The notes beneath the pieces were generated by a model. That model was not told the origin of the DNA. It saw only the letters and a program-made list of their open reading frames with translations, and ran no database searches. This document shows, piece by piece, positions 50,364-60,996 of a stretch of 64,000 nt of DNA. The position numbers and the translations under genes were made by a program. Source of the DNA: Candidatus Ryanbacteria bacterium RIFCSPHIGHO2_02_FULL_45_17b (GTDB taxonomy: Bacteria; Patescibacteriota; Minisyncoccia; Ryanbacterales; 2-02-FULL-48-12); contig MHNO01000009.1 in assembly GCA_001819815.1 (NCBI GenBank), positions 71,734 through 135,733 of the forward strand, read 5' to 3'. Every line of letters begins with the position of its first letter. The stretch's first letter is position 1.

Positions 50364-51341
50364 TTAATACCGCGCAGGAACAGGTACCGGCTTCTCTAAT
50401 CCTTTCTGTGGCGGATAGAGTTCCGGATCAATCGTACGCTCAAAACAAGTACGCCCCGTGCCATGGGTCCAACGCCCATCAAACTTAATACTTGGATTAA
50501 CTGGTATATAGGGTACTGCATATTCATTAACGTCACCATCATTACTTGGAAGAGAAAAATCCGCACACAGTTCAAAAGTCAGACCCCCTTTTACGACATA
50601 TGAATATACTGCGCCTGATTCCGGATCCGGATCCATTGGCACCTGAAAACCGCCTATCGGATCATTCAAATCGGAAAGCGTAGCAGGTAATTTTTCTTTT
50701 TGCTGCCAATAATTTACTATCTGCCATTGAATAGATTGCAAATCGTTCACGCGTTGCTGGTCAAATTGCCGCAAGCGTTCTGTCTTTGGTGAACCCACAA
50801 AGAAAAATGAAATACCAACAATACCGGCCACAATGGCTATAACCGCCCACCCGAACAACTCCATGCCCGCGGGCTTGGTATCTTTCATGTCCCAGTAGTA
50901 GTACCAAAACACAGCACTCGCCACCAAAAACACAGAAAGAATTTTCAAAAGAAACCGCGTGGTAAGTTCTCCGTTAAGAAAACTGTTCACGAGTGCCACA
51001 AGATCTCCCATGATAATGAGTCCGGCGACAAACAAAGTAAAATACGTGAGCCATTTCCGGATGCGTATTTCTTTACGTTCCGGTTCTTTCGCGTAAGTCC
51101 GCGCCAAAAAACTCATCACCCACAAGTATACAGGAAAGACAATAACAAGCGATGAGACCCCAAAACGGATTGCAGACCGCGCGCCCTCTGCGCTTCCATA
51201 AGAAAGCGGATCTGGAATCTGAAGGTTCACAAACTGAAACAAGAGTGTCAACACACCTGCCACGCTTCCATAGAGTGTCACAATGGCCAACAATTGCAAA
51301 AAAATGTCCTTAGGAGATGGTTTATGTGATGCTTCTACCAT
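50364..51341 (-). CDS. DUF5671-like membrane protein
   Basis: PKDIFLQLL, IRKWLTYFTLF, RLRQFDQQRVNDL; five TMs. Confidence 0.75.
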   Translation of the reverse strand: MVEASHKPSPKDIFLQLLAIVTLYGSVAGVLTLLFQFVNLQIPDPLSYGSAEGARSAIRFGVSSLVIVFPVYLWVMSFLARTYAKEPERKEIRIRKWLTYFTLFVAGLIIMGDLVALVNSFLNGELTTRFLLKILSVFLVASAVFWYYYWDMKDTKPAGMELFGWAVIAIVAGIVGISFFFVGSPKTERLRQFDQQRVNDLQSIQWQIVNYWQQKEKLPATLSDLNDPIGGFQVPMDPDPESGAVYSYVVKGGLTFELCADFSLPSNDGDVNEYAVPYIPVNPSIKFDGRWTHGTGRTCFERTIDPELYPPQKGLEKPVPVPARY

Positions 51342-51363
51342 GCTCATCATTCTACCACAAAAC

Positions 51364-52224
51364 CTATTTTTTGCTAGTTTTCTTAAACTTCAAAAAATCT
51401 TTCACTTTAAACGTAAACCCAGCGGCGGCTGCGTGTCCGCCGCCGCCATAGCGCTCGGCAAGTTTTGCCACGTTCACCGCCTTGCCATCTGAACGTAAGG
51501 AAACAACAACCTTACCTTCCCGCCACGACCAAATCAAAGCAACCGGTGTACCATGCTTTACAATGGAATGGCCAATTTCTGAAACATAAAATGGTGAATT
51601 CACCATCAATGCTTTATGCCCTTCAAAGGTAACATCTTCTCCAAACCCAATAAGCCGCCCTATGCGTCTATCCCGCGAACGAAGCAATGTTGTTCCTTCT
51701 TCGATATATTTCTTTTCCTTTCCTTGTTCAAAGTCACGAACAAGTTTGTCCCACGTTTTAAAATTCATGTCATACAATGAAAGAGCCTCGGCAATTTCAC
51801 GCGTGTGCCGCAATCGGAATTTCCAAATATCATAATCTTCCACATGCCGCAACAAGCGCGGCACGGGTTTTCCCGGATGGAAAAATTTCCAACTCAGCAC
51901 CGCGCCCGAATGCGCCATGTCAAACAACTTGCTGTCTGCCAGAGACGCGGCTTCTTTGTTTGTTTCGTGATGATCAATGACCGTAAGCGAGTTTACCCGC
52001 TCGCGAATCCGCGGCACCACATCTAGCGAAAAAGAATAATCAAGGGTAAATAAATCAGTATGTACGGCTTTTAAGGGAAGTTCGCAATTATTAGGAGGAA
52101 CCGCGAAATAAAAAGCCTCGTCCTTGAATTTTCTCCATGCCGCCCACGCGGCGCCAAACCCATCGGTACAATCAGCATGATACAACACCGCGATTCGTTT
52201 TGTAGAATTTTTTCCGCGTGACAT
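51364..52224 (-). CDS. DHH/DHHA1 phosphoesterase
   Basis: YHADCTDG, IDHH, GGGGHAAAAG. Confidence 0.9.
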   Translation of the reverse strand: MSRGKNSTKRIAVLYHADCTDGFGAAWAAWRKFKDEAFYFAVPPNNCELPLKAVHTDLFTLDYSFSLDVVPRIRERVNSLTVIDHHETNKEAASLADSKLFDMAHSGAVLSWKFFHPGKPVPRLLRHVEDYDIWKFRLRHTREIAEALSLYDMNFKTWDKLVRDFEQGKEKKYIEEGTTLLRSRDRRIGRLIGFGEDVTFEGHKALMVNSPFYVSEIGHSIVKHGTPVALIWSWREGKVVVSLRSDGKAVNVAKLAERYGGGGHAAAAGFTFKVKDFLKFKKTSKK

Positions 52225-52238
52225 AGATAATAATGGAA

Positions 52239-52802
52239 TTACTCGCCATCGGCGCTTGCAATTGTGTTAAAAGAAACAGAAATCATATTCCCCGCCGCAT
52301 CTTTCACAGGCTCGTCTGTTTTGTGATCAAACTGTTTGTCTCCATTTGAATCGGAAAAAAGTTCGGCTTTATACCGCTCTCCGCCAACCATATCCCGTAA
52401 TAACGGCACAAGCATATTCTCATGCACACCGCCCGGAAACCACCCCGCGCCTAAAATATTGCCCGCCGCGCCATCATCATTTGTTTCCCGCACCACAACC
52501 CACCGCGCCTCGGAAAAATCAGCCTTCTGTACCAAAACCGAAGCGCCTGCACGCTGATTTTCCACTACAACCATATCTGTTCCGGATGATGGCATCATTC
52601 CTGCCGCCACATTGGTCTCAGTTCCTTTGCCCGCAGATTCCTTGTTAAATGGAAGCGGTGCGAGCGTCGGATTCATCGCTGAATCTTTACTTGAATCCTT
52701 ATTTGTGTCTCCCGTAAAAAGAGAAGCCACGCCAAATCCAATAAAAAACGAAGCGATAGCAACAATAATTAAATCCTTGTTTTCGTTAAGTCGTTGTAAC
52801 AT
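52239..52802 (-). CDS. Membrane-anchored hypothetical protein
   Basis: TM; VENQRAG..WVVVRE..GNILGAG. Confidence 0.75.
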   Translation of the reverse strand: MLQRLNENKDLIIVAIASFFIGFGVASLFTGDTNKDSSKDSAMNPTLAPLPFNKESAGKGTETNVAAGMMPSSGTDMVVVENQRAGASVLVQKADFSEARWVVVRETNDDGAAGNILGAGWFPGGVHENMLVPLLRDMVGGERYKAELFSDSNGDKQFDHKTDEPVKDAAGNMISVSFNTIASADGE

Positions 52803-52880
52803 ACTTTTATTTGTTAGATCTTATAAGAGGCTTCCCCCTCTGAAAATCAACCTTTCTATGCCATCATATACTCATTATCC

Positions 52881-53714
52881 ATGAATGAGCAAAAACGTCA
52901 AAATTTTCAAAAAATCGTCTGGCAATGGTATCGCCTACATACCCCTGCTTTACCTTGGCGCAACACAAAAAACCCCTATCATATCTTCGTGTCGGAAGTC
53001 ATGCTCCAGCAAACACAAATCCCGCGGGTGCTTGTAAAATATCCAGAATTTCTAAAAATCTTTCCAACCATCAAAGCACTTGCAAAAGCTCCCCTGCGGC
53101 GCGTCCTTTCTGTCTGGCATGGTATGGGTTACAATCGGCGCGGACTCTATCTTTTACAATCAGCTCAATACATTATGGAAAAATATGCCGGAACAATTCC
53201 AAAAGACATAGATACGCTTAAGGCACTCCCGGGCATCGGGCACTATTCCGCGCGCGCCATTGCGTGCTTTGCATACGGCGTCTGCGAACCGTTTATTGAA
53301 ACAAATATCCGCCGTGTCATCATTCATGAATTTTTCCCGAAGAAAAAACAAGTTGACGACAAAGATGTTTTAAAAGTCTTGACCGCAGTAGAACCCGCAC
53401 AGAAAACCCAAGAATGGTATTGGGCGCTTATGGATTACGGGCGAGAAGCATTGAGACATACACCGAACGCGAATCGAAAGAGTAAACACTACGCGAAACA
53501 ATCCCGGTTTGAAAGCTCACCGCGCTACGTTCGCGCAAAGATAATTTCTTACTTATTGGAAAACAAAAAAGCGACGGTGGAAGAACTCCGCGCATCGCTT
53601 AGAACAGACGGGCACCTGAAACATCTTTCCCTGCAAGCTGTGAAAAACATCCTTGCGGGATTAGAGAAAGAAAAACTTGTCACAAAGACAGAATTATTTT
53701 TTGGGATCGCTTGA
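52881..53714 (+). CDS. mutY: A/G-specific adenine glycosylase lacking the Fe-S cysteines
   Basis: LPWR, SEVMLQQTQ, GMGYNRR, LPGIGHY, WALMDYG. Confidence 0.85.
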   Translation: MNEQKRQNFQKIVWQWYRLHTPALPWRNTKNPYHIFVSEVMLQQTQIPRVLVKYPEFLKIFPTIKALAKAPLRRVLSVWHGMGYNRRGLYLLQSAQYIMEKYAGTIPKDIDTLKALPGIGHYSARAIACFAYGVCEPFIETNIRRVIIHEFFPKKKQVDDKDVLKVLTAVEPAQKTQEWYWALMDYGREALRHTPNANRKSKHYAKQSRFESSPRYVRAKIISYLLENKKATVEELRASLRTDGHLKHLSLQAVKNILAGLEKEKLVTKTELFFGIA

Positions 53715-53927
53715 TTTGCTCCCACACTCTATATCCATGTTTGGTTTTTTGCGGACGTGCCACGTCGTTAAATCAATACAACCACGAAGACCGGGACGAC
53801 GCGACATGAGATTTGCCACATCCTTCTGCCTATTCGCCTCCTCCTCCGTATACAGACTATCCAACCACACGAGCCCACTATTTGAGGCCGTGTAACCAAT
53901 CTGCCATCCCTTTTCCTCGTCAGGCAT
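53694..53927 (-). CDS. 77-aa hypothetical protein
   Basis: AAGGAG SD; TTGATA-17-TACAAT promoter at 53966-53994. Confidence 0.55.
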   Translation of the reverse strand: MPDEEKGWQIGYTASNSGLVWLDSLYTEEEANRQKDVANLMSRRPGLRGCIDLTTWHVRKKPNMDIECGSKSSDPKK

Positions 53928-53997
53928 TTTTCTACTCCTTTTTGGGCAAAATTCTATCCGAAGACATTGTACTATAGAAATAAAACTATATCAATAG

Positions 53998-54894
53998 CTA
54001 TCCAACTTTTTTCTCTTGCCATTTCTGCCATGTTACCAAAAGCGGGCTTGCGATAAAAATAGAGCTGTAAGTACCGGCAATTGTGCCAACTAAAAGCGCC
54101 AATGAAAAATATTTGGTAGATTCGCCTCCCAAGAAAAATAAAGTCAGGAGCACTAAGATAAGCGTAAGAGAAGTATTTATAGATCGCACTATCGTCTCGT
54201 GAATGCTCACATGTACGGTTTCTGCAAAATTTGTGGCGCTATGCTTTCGCAAATTTTCGCGAACGCGGTCAAACACTACAATGGTATCATGCACGGAAAA
54301 TCCAAGAATGGTAAGAAGCGCGCTGATAAAGAGCGCGTTTATTTCCACCCCATGAAACCTGCCCAAATACACAAACAGACCCGTCGGAATTGCCACGTCA
54401 TGAATAAGCGCGATAATCGCGACCACCCCATATTTCCACGATGAAATGGGGTGCGAGACATGCCGAAACGCAACCGCAATATAGGCAATAATCATTACTA
54501 AAACTAAGACAAGCGCCCAGACAGCTTTTCGTTTAAGCTCGCTCCCAATAACAGGACCAACAGATACAAAACGTTTCTCTAGCACCATTGAATCCAAGCC
54601 GCGCAAAGCTCCCAAAACCTGCTGATGCGTTTCTTCATCCAAGTCACGCATGCGAAGAATTATACCCTTTTGGCCTGTTTGCTGAATTTGCACGTCTCCT
54701 AATTCAAACATGGCGAGATGACTGTCTATCGCCTCCTGAGAAGGCGCGGAACCAGAAAACTCAAGTTCCATCAATGATCCGCCCGTAAAATCAATACCCA
54801 ACGGTAGACCCCAGACAGCCAACATAACACCGCTTGTAAGAACAAGCGCGCCTGATATCATATAAAAAACCTTTCGTAATGCAACAAAATCCAT
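53998..54894 (-). CDS. secF: Protein translocase subunit SecF
   Basis: GIDFTGG, VGPVIG, DTIVVFDRVRE, GTYSSIFIA. Confidence 0.95.
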   Translation of the reverse strand: MDFVALRKVFYMISGALVLTSGVMLAVWGLPLGIDFTGGSLMELEFSGSAPSQEAIDSHLAMFELGDVQIQQTGQKGIILRMRDLDEETHQQVLGALRGLDSMVLEKRFVSVGPVIGSELKRKAVWALVLVLVMIIAYIAVAFRHVSHPISSWKYGVVAIIALIHDVAIPTGLFVYLGRFHGVEINALFISALLTILGFSVHDTIVVFDRVRENLRKHSATNFAETVHVSIHETIVRSINTSLTLILVLLTLFFLGGESTKYFSLALLVGTIAGTYSSIFIASPLLVTWQKWQEKKVG

Positions 54895-54898
54895 AATG

Positions 54899-56215
54899 TT
54901 ATGCTCCAAAAAGAAAACGGGTAATTTTACCATCTGGCAATTTCAACGCGCGAAAAAACGTTCGCGTAATCGTGATCGCCGAAAACATGCTTACTACCAC
55001 CCCCAACCCTAACGTCAACGCGAAACCTTTAATCAAACTTGTGCCAAACCAATATAAAATGAAAGCAGTAATAATGCTAGACATGTTGGAATCTCGAATG
55101 GAAGCCCACGCGCGATTGAAACCCTCTTCAATAGAACCCGCCAATGTACGACCTGCTTTCATCTCCTCGCGGAAACGTTCAAAGATGAGAATATTTGCGT
55201 CAACAGCCATACCTATGGAAAGAATAAACCCCGCGACACCCGCCGCGGTAAGCGTTACCGGAACTAATTTAAAAATAACAAGAAGCAGAGCCGTATATAG
55301 AAGAAGAGCAAACACTGCCATAAGACCGGGTAGGCGGTACCAAAGAATCATAAACAGCGCGACCGCCAAAAGACCGTACGCACCCGCGTTCAGGCTTCGG
55401 ACAAGTTCCGCCTGCCCTAAAGACGCCTCCACACTTTGCTGGCTTACCAGCGTTATGGGCACGGGTAGAGCGCCAGAATTTAACCTGCGCACAAGTTCAC
55501 GCGCTTCGTCTACCGTGAAGTTTCCGCTGATCTGCGCTTGTCCGCCCGTTATTTTTTGCTGGACAACAGGCGCTGAAATAGGAAACCCGTCCAAATAAAT
55601 AGCAAGTTGTTTTCCAATATTCTGTTCCGTGAGATTTTCAAACAACAGCGAACCTTCATCATCAAATGAAAGCGTTACCAATACTTGAATACCTGTTTGC
55701 CCATATTGAACATCTGCGCGCTTAAGATATTTCCCTGTAAGTTCTGTAGGTATAAAATAAGCATCCTCTCCCAACCGCTCACCCTTTGCTTGAGCATCCA
55801 AAATCGCTTGCCGTTCTTCAGCAGACCGTTCGGTACGAAACTCTAAAAAAGGCGTCTCACCGATAAGTCGTATTGCTTCGCTAATTTCACGCACACCCGC
55901 AAGTTCCACAATAAGCCTCTGTTCCCCGCTCGCCTCTTCAATCTGGACAACCGGTTCTGAAACACCGAACGCGTTTACCCGGCGCTCAATCACGTCACGC
56001 AAGCCTTCCATAGATTCCGCAACATCGACAGATGGTATACTAGAAACATCCGCCTGGTACAACAAATGAGTGCCGCCTTGCAAATCAAGCCCCAACCGAT
56101 ACGGAACTTGGGGAAGAAACGGAATAATTGTATACGGCGAGGCAAAAACGCCCGCAAAACCGCCGGCGACTAACAAGAGTACTGCGATAATTCTAATCTT
56201 AGCGGATTGCGGCAT
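54899..56215 (-). CDS. secD: Protein translocase subunit SecD
   Basis: LGLDLQGG, RVNAFGVSEP, GMAVDANILIFER. Confidence 0.96.
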   Translation of the reverse strand: MPQSAKIRIIAVLLLVAGGFAGVFASPYTIIPFLPQVPYRLGLDLQGGTHLLYQADVSSIPSVDVAESMEGLRDVIERRVNAFGVSEPVVQIEEASGEQRLIVELAGVREISEAIRLIGETPFLEFRTERSAEERQAILDAQAKGERLGEDAYFIPTELTGKYLKRADVQYGQTGIQVLVTLSFDDEGSLLFENLTEQNIGKQLAIYLDGFPISAPVVQQKITGGQAQISGNFTVDEARELVRRLNSGALPVPITLVSQQSVEASLGQAELVRSLNAGAYGLLAVALFMILWYRLPGLMAVFALLLYTALLLVIFKLVPVTLTAAGVAGFILSIGMAVDANILIFERFREEMKAGRTLAGSIEEGFNRAWASIRDSNMSSIITAFILYWFGTSLIKGFALTLGLGVVVSMFSAITITRTFFRALKLPDGKITRFLFGA

Positions 56216-56224
56216 ATATGTGCT

Positions 56225-56653
56225 CTAGCTCCCTACCTCAATTCCCATACTCCGAGCTGTTCCTTCAATAATTTTAGAAGCGGCATCCACATCGTATGCG
56301 TTCAAGTCTTCCATTTTAACTGTCGCAATTTCGCGTACTTTGGCGCGGGAAACCTTACCCACTTTATTGCGAAGCGGACTGCCGGAACCCTTTTCCACAT
56401 CAGCCGCTTTACGAAGCAAATCGGATGCCGGCGGTGTTTTTAACTTAAAATCAAACGTGCGATCCTGATAAATAGTTATTTCCGCAGGGATAATTGAATC
56501 ACCTTTATCAGCCGTTGCCTGGTTAAACTTATTGACAAAATCACCTATGTTTATGCCATGGGGCCCTAAAGCGGTACCAACAGGAGGAGCAGGTGTTGCT
56601 TTTCCAGCGGGTAACTGAAGCTTTAATATTATTTTTATTGGTTTTCCTGCCAT
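56225..56653 (-). CDS. rplK: 50S ribosomal protein L11
   Basis: [22 protein letters not shown]. Confidence 0.98.
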   Translation of the reverse strand: MAGKPIKIILKLQLPAGKATPAPPVGTALGPHGINIGDFVNKFNQATADKGDSIIPAEITIYQDRTFDFKLKTPPASDLLRKAADVEKGSGSPLRNKVGKVSRAKVREIATVKMEDLNAYDVDAASKIIEGTARSMGIEVGS

Positions 56654-56658
56654 AATAA

Positions 56659-57204
56659 TTATAGTTTACTTACCTGCAAAAAGTCTAACTCCACGGGCGT
56701 TTCCCTGCCAAAAATAGATACCAGAACCTTTGCTTTACCCCGTTCTTCATCCACCTCCGAGACCCTGCCCTCATAGTCTTTGAACGGTCCGTCAGTGATT
56801 TTTACCGCATCTCCCGCCACTAAGTCAATTTTGTGCCGTGGTTCGTCCTGATTCATATGCTTCAATAACACATCCATCTCTTCTTGGGAAAGAGGCGTAG
56901 GGGTAGTACCAGAACCCACAAATCCCGTCACTCGAGGCGTATTCCGAATAACATACCATGAATCGTCAGTCACAACCATTTCCACAAGCACGTATCCGGG
57001 ATAAATTTTTTCTTCCACCACGCGCCGTTTCCCGCCTTTGATTTTTATTTTTTTCTCTATAGGCACCAGTACGTTAAAAATTTTATCCTCCATACCCATA
57101 GATTCAATGCGCTGGCGCAAATTGCGGGATACCGCATCTTCGTAACCTGAATAGGTATGCACCGCATACCAATTTCTTCCAAATTCTGATGTTTGTTTAG
57201 CCAT
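56659..57204 (-). CDS. nusG: Transcription factor NusG
   Basis: [23 protein letters not shown] motif, FGRETPVE. Confidence 0.97.
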   Translation of the reverse strand: MAKQTSEFGRNWYAVHTYSGYEDAVSRNLRQRIESMGMEDKIFNVLVPIEKKIKIKGGKRRVVEEKIYPGYVLVEMVVTDDSWYVIRNTPRVTGFVGSGTTPTPLSQEEMDVLLKHMNQDEPRHKIDLVAGDAVKITDGPFKDYEGRVSEVDEERGKAKVLVSIFGRETPVELDFLQVSKL

Positions 57205-57224
57205 GTACTCGCTTAAAACCTTAT

Positions 57225-57410
57225 TTATAATATAAAAATTTCCAATAAAAATTGGAACAAAATATCTAACGTTCCTAAAAATATTGCCACCACGACTGAA
57301 ATACCAATAACCGCGAGTGTGTGCTTTGTGGTATCCTGCCGCGAAGGCCACACGACTCGCTTAAGTTCGGTTTTTGTTTCAGAAAAATAGGTTGCAAGTT
57401 TTGTGAACAT
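57225..57410 (-). CDS. secE: Preprotein translocase subunit SecE
   Basis: ELKRVVWPS plus one TM; upstream of nusG. Confidence 0.93.
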   Translation of the reverse strand: MFTKLATYFSETKTELKRVVWPSRQDTTKHTLAVIGISVVVAIFLGTLDILFQFLLEIFIL

Positions 57411-57453
57411 AGTTTTGAGCTTTTTTAAAAGGCCCGCAGGCCCTTATACGGTC

Positions 57454-57482
57454 ATACTACTATACGCCTGGAGGAAAGTCAA
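57454..57482 (-). promoter_or_regulatory. Sigma70 promoter TTGACT-17-TAGTAT for secE-nusG-rplK
   Basis: Hexamers and 17-nt spacer. Confidence 0.65.
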
Positions 57483-57503
57483 ATTCTTAGAAAAATAGTT
57501 CTT

Positions 57504-58523
57504 TTAGGGAAACAGCTTGTTAAAATGTTCTTTTATAACCTTCGAGGCAAACTGATCAGGAATATCTTCCGTATTGATAGAGTGATAAGCCCGCTCTTGT
57601 GCTTCTACAATTGATTCTCTCGTAGGATACCCTTTCTGGGAAAGAATTTTTTCATTTGTAGTATACCATGTATCTAATTTCCCTCCAGCATCAAGTGCAA
57701 GCGCAAGCCGCCCGGGATTCCAATTTCCAAAAGGCAACGCCTCCATTTCAATCTTCCTTTGCTCTCTATACTTATCCCCATCAGGTTCTATAAGATAATG
57801 CCGCGCATGGCCTAATTCATGGAGAAAAATAAAAGCTGCTAATATTTCAGGTGTCACCTTATCTGGATCAATTCCTGCTTTCTCAGCACTAATCTGCGCA
57901 GACACACGGCGCTCTTTCATAAGATTACGGTAATGTTCTATCCCTAAACGAGCATTCACTGTCACTGAAGGTCTCTGCCTGAAAGTTTGCGATTGATGAC
58001 GAGCAAAACCTCCTGTTTTCTTTAACACTGGCTCGCGTTCTGGATCTCCCAAAATAATATCCACGTCTCGCAGTTCAGGAAAATTTCCGGCTGCCGCTTC
58101 ATATGCGCGTGCAAATATTTTTCCCACTTCACCTGCGCTCTCTAGAACTTGAACTACCCGACCGCCTGCAATAGCCTCGCCATCATAAAATAGTATTGTT
58201 CCCCCCTCTTTACCCCACAATGTTCCTTCTTCAAAAATTTTTATTGTCTTACCTTCATCATCTTTTATAACCGCTTGATAGGAGTCTTTTTCTCTGTCTC
58301 GCAGAATAGTAAAATGCTCTCCTGGCTGTAATCGAAGATGGCCGCCTTCAGGTGTTTTTACGGCAAGCTCTTGGCTCGTTCCTTGTGTAACTCGCGTCTC
58401 CCATAATAAATAACGTGGTACTGTTCCTCCTGGTGTAAGTGGTTTTAACTTCTCTATGCCTTCCATCTCTTTTGACGGTTCAGATGTAGATTCAACAAAT
58501 TGTTTTGGCCCTTCAAATCCCAT
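57504..58523 (-). CDS. ORFan with an HExxH metallopeptidase motif and MGFEG N-terminus
   Basis: FLHELGH...EDIPDQFA. Confidence 0.75.
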   Translation of the reverse strand: MGFEGPKQFVESTSEPSKEMEGIEKLKPLTPGGTVPRYLLWETRVTQGTSQELAVKTPEGGHLRLQPGEHFTILRDREKDSYQAVIKDDEGKTIKIFEEGTLWGKEGGTILFYDGEAIAGGRVVQVLESAGEVGKIFARAYEAAAGNFPELRDVDIILGDPEREPVLKKTGGFARHQSQTFRQRPSVTVNARLGIEHYRNLMKERRVSAQISAEKAGIDPDKVTPEILAAFIFLHELGHARHYLIEPDGDKYREQRKIEMEALPFGNWNPGRLALALDAGGKLDTWYTTNEKILSQKGYPTRESIVEAQERAYHSINTEDIPDQFASKVIKEHFNKLFP

Positions 58524-58550
58524 AGGTTTTTGTCCTTACATTTGTGTTCA

Positions 58551-58592
58551 TTACATATCCAAATTCTTCACCAATTTAGCGTGTGTTTGAAT
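58551..58592 (-). pseudogene. gyrB 3' stub 2 (IQTHAKLVKNLDM*)
   Basis: Matches the GyrB C-terminus IQTHAKAVKNLDI*. Confidence 0.88.
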
Positions 58593-58599
58593 GAGTACA

Positions 58600-59001
58600 C
58601 TACAATAACGTTGCCCAACCATACTGTTTGATGTGTTGGTATAACTTTCTATCTGCTGTCACAAATGGGCAATGAAGTTGCCTCGCAAGATACACATAAA
58701 GAGCGTCATATACTGTTATATTATGACTGTGAGCAAGAGAATAGACCTCTTTTAATTCCTTCAGGGAAAAGTTAAATGCTTGCAGTTCCATACCAGTCAA
58801 AATGTCCATTACAGCAAGTCCGCCTTCTTCCGTAATACCCGACTTGTGCCGTAACACATTAGCCACTTCGTAATATAAAAGATCAGGTACTCCTACTACA
58901 TCTTCTCCAGAAACATGTTGACGCTCAAAAACACGGGCTTCCTCTGAACCAGCTTCTTCCTGCAACCACTTAATGACAACTGACGCATCAAGAACAATCA
59001 T
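58600..59001 (-). CDS. VapC-like PIN domain toxin
   Basis: IVLDASVVIKW, EVANVL, YDALY, TAD. Confidence 0.92.
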   Translation of the reverse strand: MIVLDASVVIKWLQEEAGSEEARVFERQHVSGEDVVGVPDLLYYEVANVLRHKSGITEEGGLAVMDILTGMELQAFNFSLKELKEVYSLAHSHNITVYDALYVYLARQLHCPFVTADRKLYQHIKQYGWATLL

Positions 59002-59165
59002 GTAGACTGTTTTCCGTCACGCAAATTACGTATCGCTTTTACCGCATTCCATCCTTTAAGTTTTCTTGCATATTTCTTGCGCCATGCCTCAAGCGAACGA
59101 TGAGCATCCATGCGCTGTAAAGATGTAGTGCCTTTATTTTTTTTTCTCGTGGTTACCGTTGCCAT
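58998..59165 (-). CDS. 55-aa putative antitoxin
   Basis: Manual translation MATVTTRKKNKG...WNAVKAIRNLRDGKQST; ATGA overlap with the PIN gene; TGgTAGAAT 6 nt before ATG. Confidence 0.75.
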   Translation of the reverse strand: MATVTTRKKNKGTTSLQRMDAHRSLEAWRKKYARKLKGWNAVKAIRNLRDGKQST

Positions 59166-59196
59166 GACAACATTCTACCATGAGACGTGATATTCA

Positions 59197-59799
59197 TCAA
59201 TCACCCTCCATTCGTAACATCTCCTCAAAAATATGCCTCCGTTGCACAGTTTCCCTCTCCACCAATTGTACCAAACCTGGTACGGTACCGCTATATTCCG
59301 AGACAAGTTTTTCCGCCCAACCTACCATGAAGTCATGATGTTGCTTCAACATACCGTCTGTTTGCGCATGGCGATATTCTTCGTGTGTTGCCTCTTTATG
59401 AGAATTGACCGCAAGTTGTGGATGGTTATCGGCACCATGCTTATTCTTCCATGCTTCCCGCTCATCAACCCATGGACCAGTTTCTAAAACTTCCAGACAC
59501 TCATGGGTCAAAATATATGGCTGGTGCTCCGGCGGACACGCTTCCTTATTTATAATTGGCCGTGACATTACCCCGCCAAAACCAAAAAACTCAGACATAG
59601 GAACGGGATCATCCCTTCCTTCATCCTTTGCACGCTTTGCAAATTGCTCACGAGAAAGAAACACGGCGCGCGCTCGTATGCGATCCAAGAGATCTTTCTT
59701 CAATTCAAGATTGGATCGATCCCGCTGATACACCTTTATTCCTTCCTCAAGACTAACTGTTTCTCGTGTTTCCGCATCAAATGACTTTTCAATGGACAT
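59197..59799 (-). CDS. ORFan (MSIEKSF N-terminus, THECLE motif)
   Basis: Long ORF; alternative start at 59841. Confidence 0.7.
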   Translation of the reverse strand: MSIEKSFDAETRETVSLEEGIKVYQRDRSNLELKKDLLDRIRARAVFLSREQFAKRAKDEGRDDPVPMSEFFGFGGVMSRPIINKEACPPEHQPYILTHECLEVLETGPWVDEREAWKNKHGADNHPQLAVNSHKEATHEEYRHAQTDGMLKQHHDFMVGWAEKLVSEYSGTVPGLVQLVERETVQRRHIFEEMLRMEGD

Positions 59800-59888
59800 A
59801 TAACTTTCTCTTAAAACAATCTTGGAAACATTTAATTTCATTTCTTATGTTATATACCCTGCGCTTTATGTTAGCTGATAAACCTAAA

Positions 59889-59918
59889 TTATATATCCAA
59901 ATTCTTCACTGCTTTTGC
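59889..59918 (-). pseudogene. gyrB 3' stub 1 (AKAVKNLDI*)
   Basis: 30 nt matching the end of gyrB with only synonymous changes. Confidence 0.85.
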
Positions 59919-60297
59919 CGCTACTGCCATAGAAAGCTTTTTCTCAATAGATTTTGGAAATTTACGCACTTCTCTATCGGCATGAATATAGCGATTATAA
60001 GCCACGCGCTCATTTTTTGTAAGCTTCTTATTAATGAAGGCATCGTCAGCAATAATATATTCTGGAAACACAATAGAAACCGATCTCCGGCTTCAATCCA
60101 GCGATCGCATGCAAAAGATCAGGGTCTTCTTCAGTTGCTTTCCGAAAAACAGAACTTTTTTCTTGCGCTTCCAAAAACCTTTTAACACCCATTTTAGCCT
60201 GTTCTGTAGTGGTGGGAAAATATTCCTGCACCATTGGGCCTTGTTCAAAATTTGAAGCTTTATTTTCAACTTCAATTGTGGGCTTTTCGATGGCCAT
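59919..60297 (-). pseudogene. Probable frameshifted ORFan (MAIEKP...) running into gyrB stub 1
   Basis: Two overlapping short ORFs, 60046-60309 and 59889-60071. Confidence 0.45.
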
Positions 60298-60312
60298 ACG
60301 TCTATCCAAAAG

Positions 60313-60996
60313 CTAGAAACCTAACAGAGCTATTCGCCATTTCCGCAAACGCTGCTGACGAACATGCTCCGATCCTAATCGGTTTGGCGCTTGCGATACC
60401 CTAGGATCCCTTATCTCAATAAACTTTTCTTTCAAAAATGTGCGTGCTTCTTCGGGTGTTAACATGGTCTTAGAAAAGTCCAGCGGTTCCCCTGTATACT
60501 TCCAACTGCCTTCTGTATCGCCCTTAAACCTACTCCTTAGTTGAATCCACTCATTTACAGAAAAACGCTTCGTTTCCCCCTCGGACCTGTTCAGCGCATA
60601 CAATTCGATCTGCGACAATCGTTCCTCCACTTGTCTCCCACCACCCATGTCCACTTTCACTATCGCTTCACCAGTTTGCTGATCAAACCCCGAAAGCACT
60701 CGTGCCTCCTTCTCGCCCTCTTCACTTAAAATCTCTACATTGTCCCCCGCCTTGAGTTGCTTAGCCTGCTCCTCTCGAAATTCGCCTGTTTCAAGGTTAA
60801 ATCCTGCTTTCTCCGCTGCCTTACGCGCATCAGGAGTCGCTCGTAACAATTCAAGATCCTCTGCTATCTCTTCCTGAGACAAAGGATCGTTTCTTATTTC
60901 TAATTTTGCAGGAGCAGGGTCTATAAACGGTTTTTTCTTCGGCACACCCTCTTCGGGTGGTTGTGGATAATTATGAATTTGTCCTTCAAATCCCAT
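60313..60996 (-). CDS. ORFan with MGFEG N-terminus
   Basis: 227 aa, charged, 27 nt after the gyrB stop codon. Confidence 0.75.
   Translation of the reverse strand: MGFEGQIHNYPQPPEEGVPKKKPFIDPAPAKLEIRNDPLSQEEIAEDLELLRATPDARKAAEKAGFNLETGEFREEQAKQLKAGDNVEILSEEGEKEARVLSGFDQQTGEAIVKVDMGGGRQVEERLSQIELYALNRSEGETKRFSVNEWIQLRSRFKGDTEGSWKYTGEPLDFSKTMLTPEEARTFLKEKFIEIRDPRVSQAPNRLGSEHVRQQRLRKWRIALLGF

Noticed and set aside
57411-57503. tRNA-Trp expected upstream of secE
   Set aside because: No cloverleaf or TTCGA T-loop in the interval.
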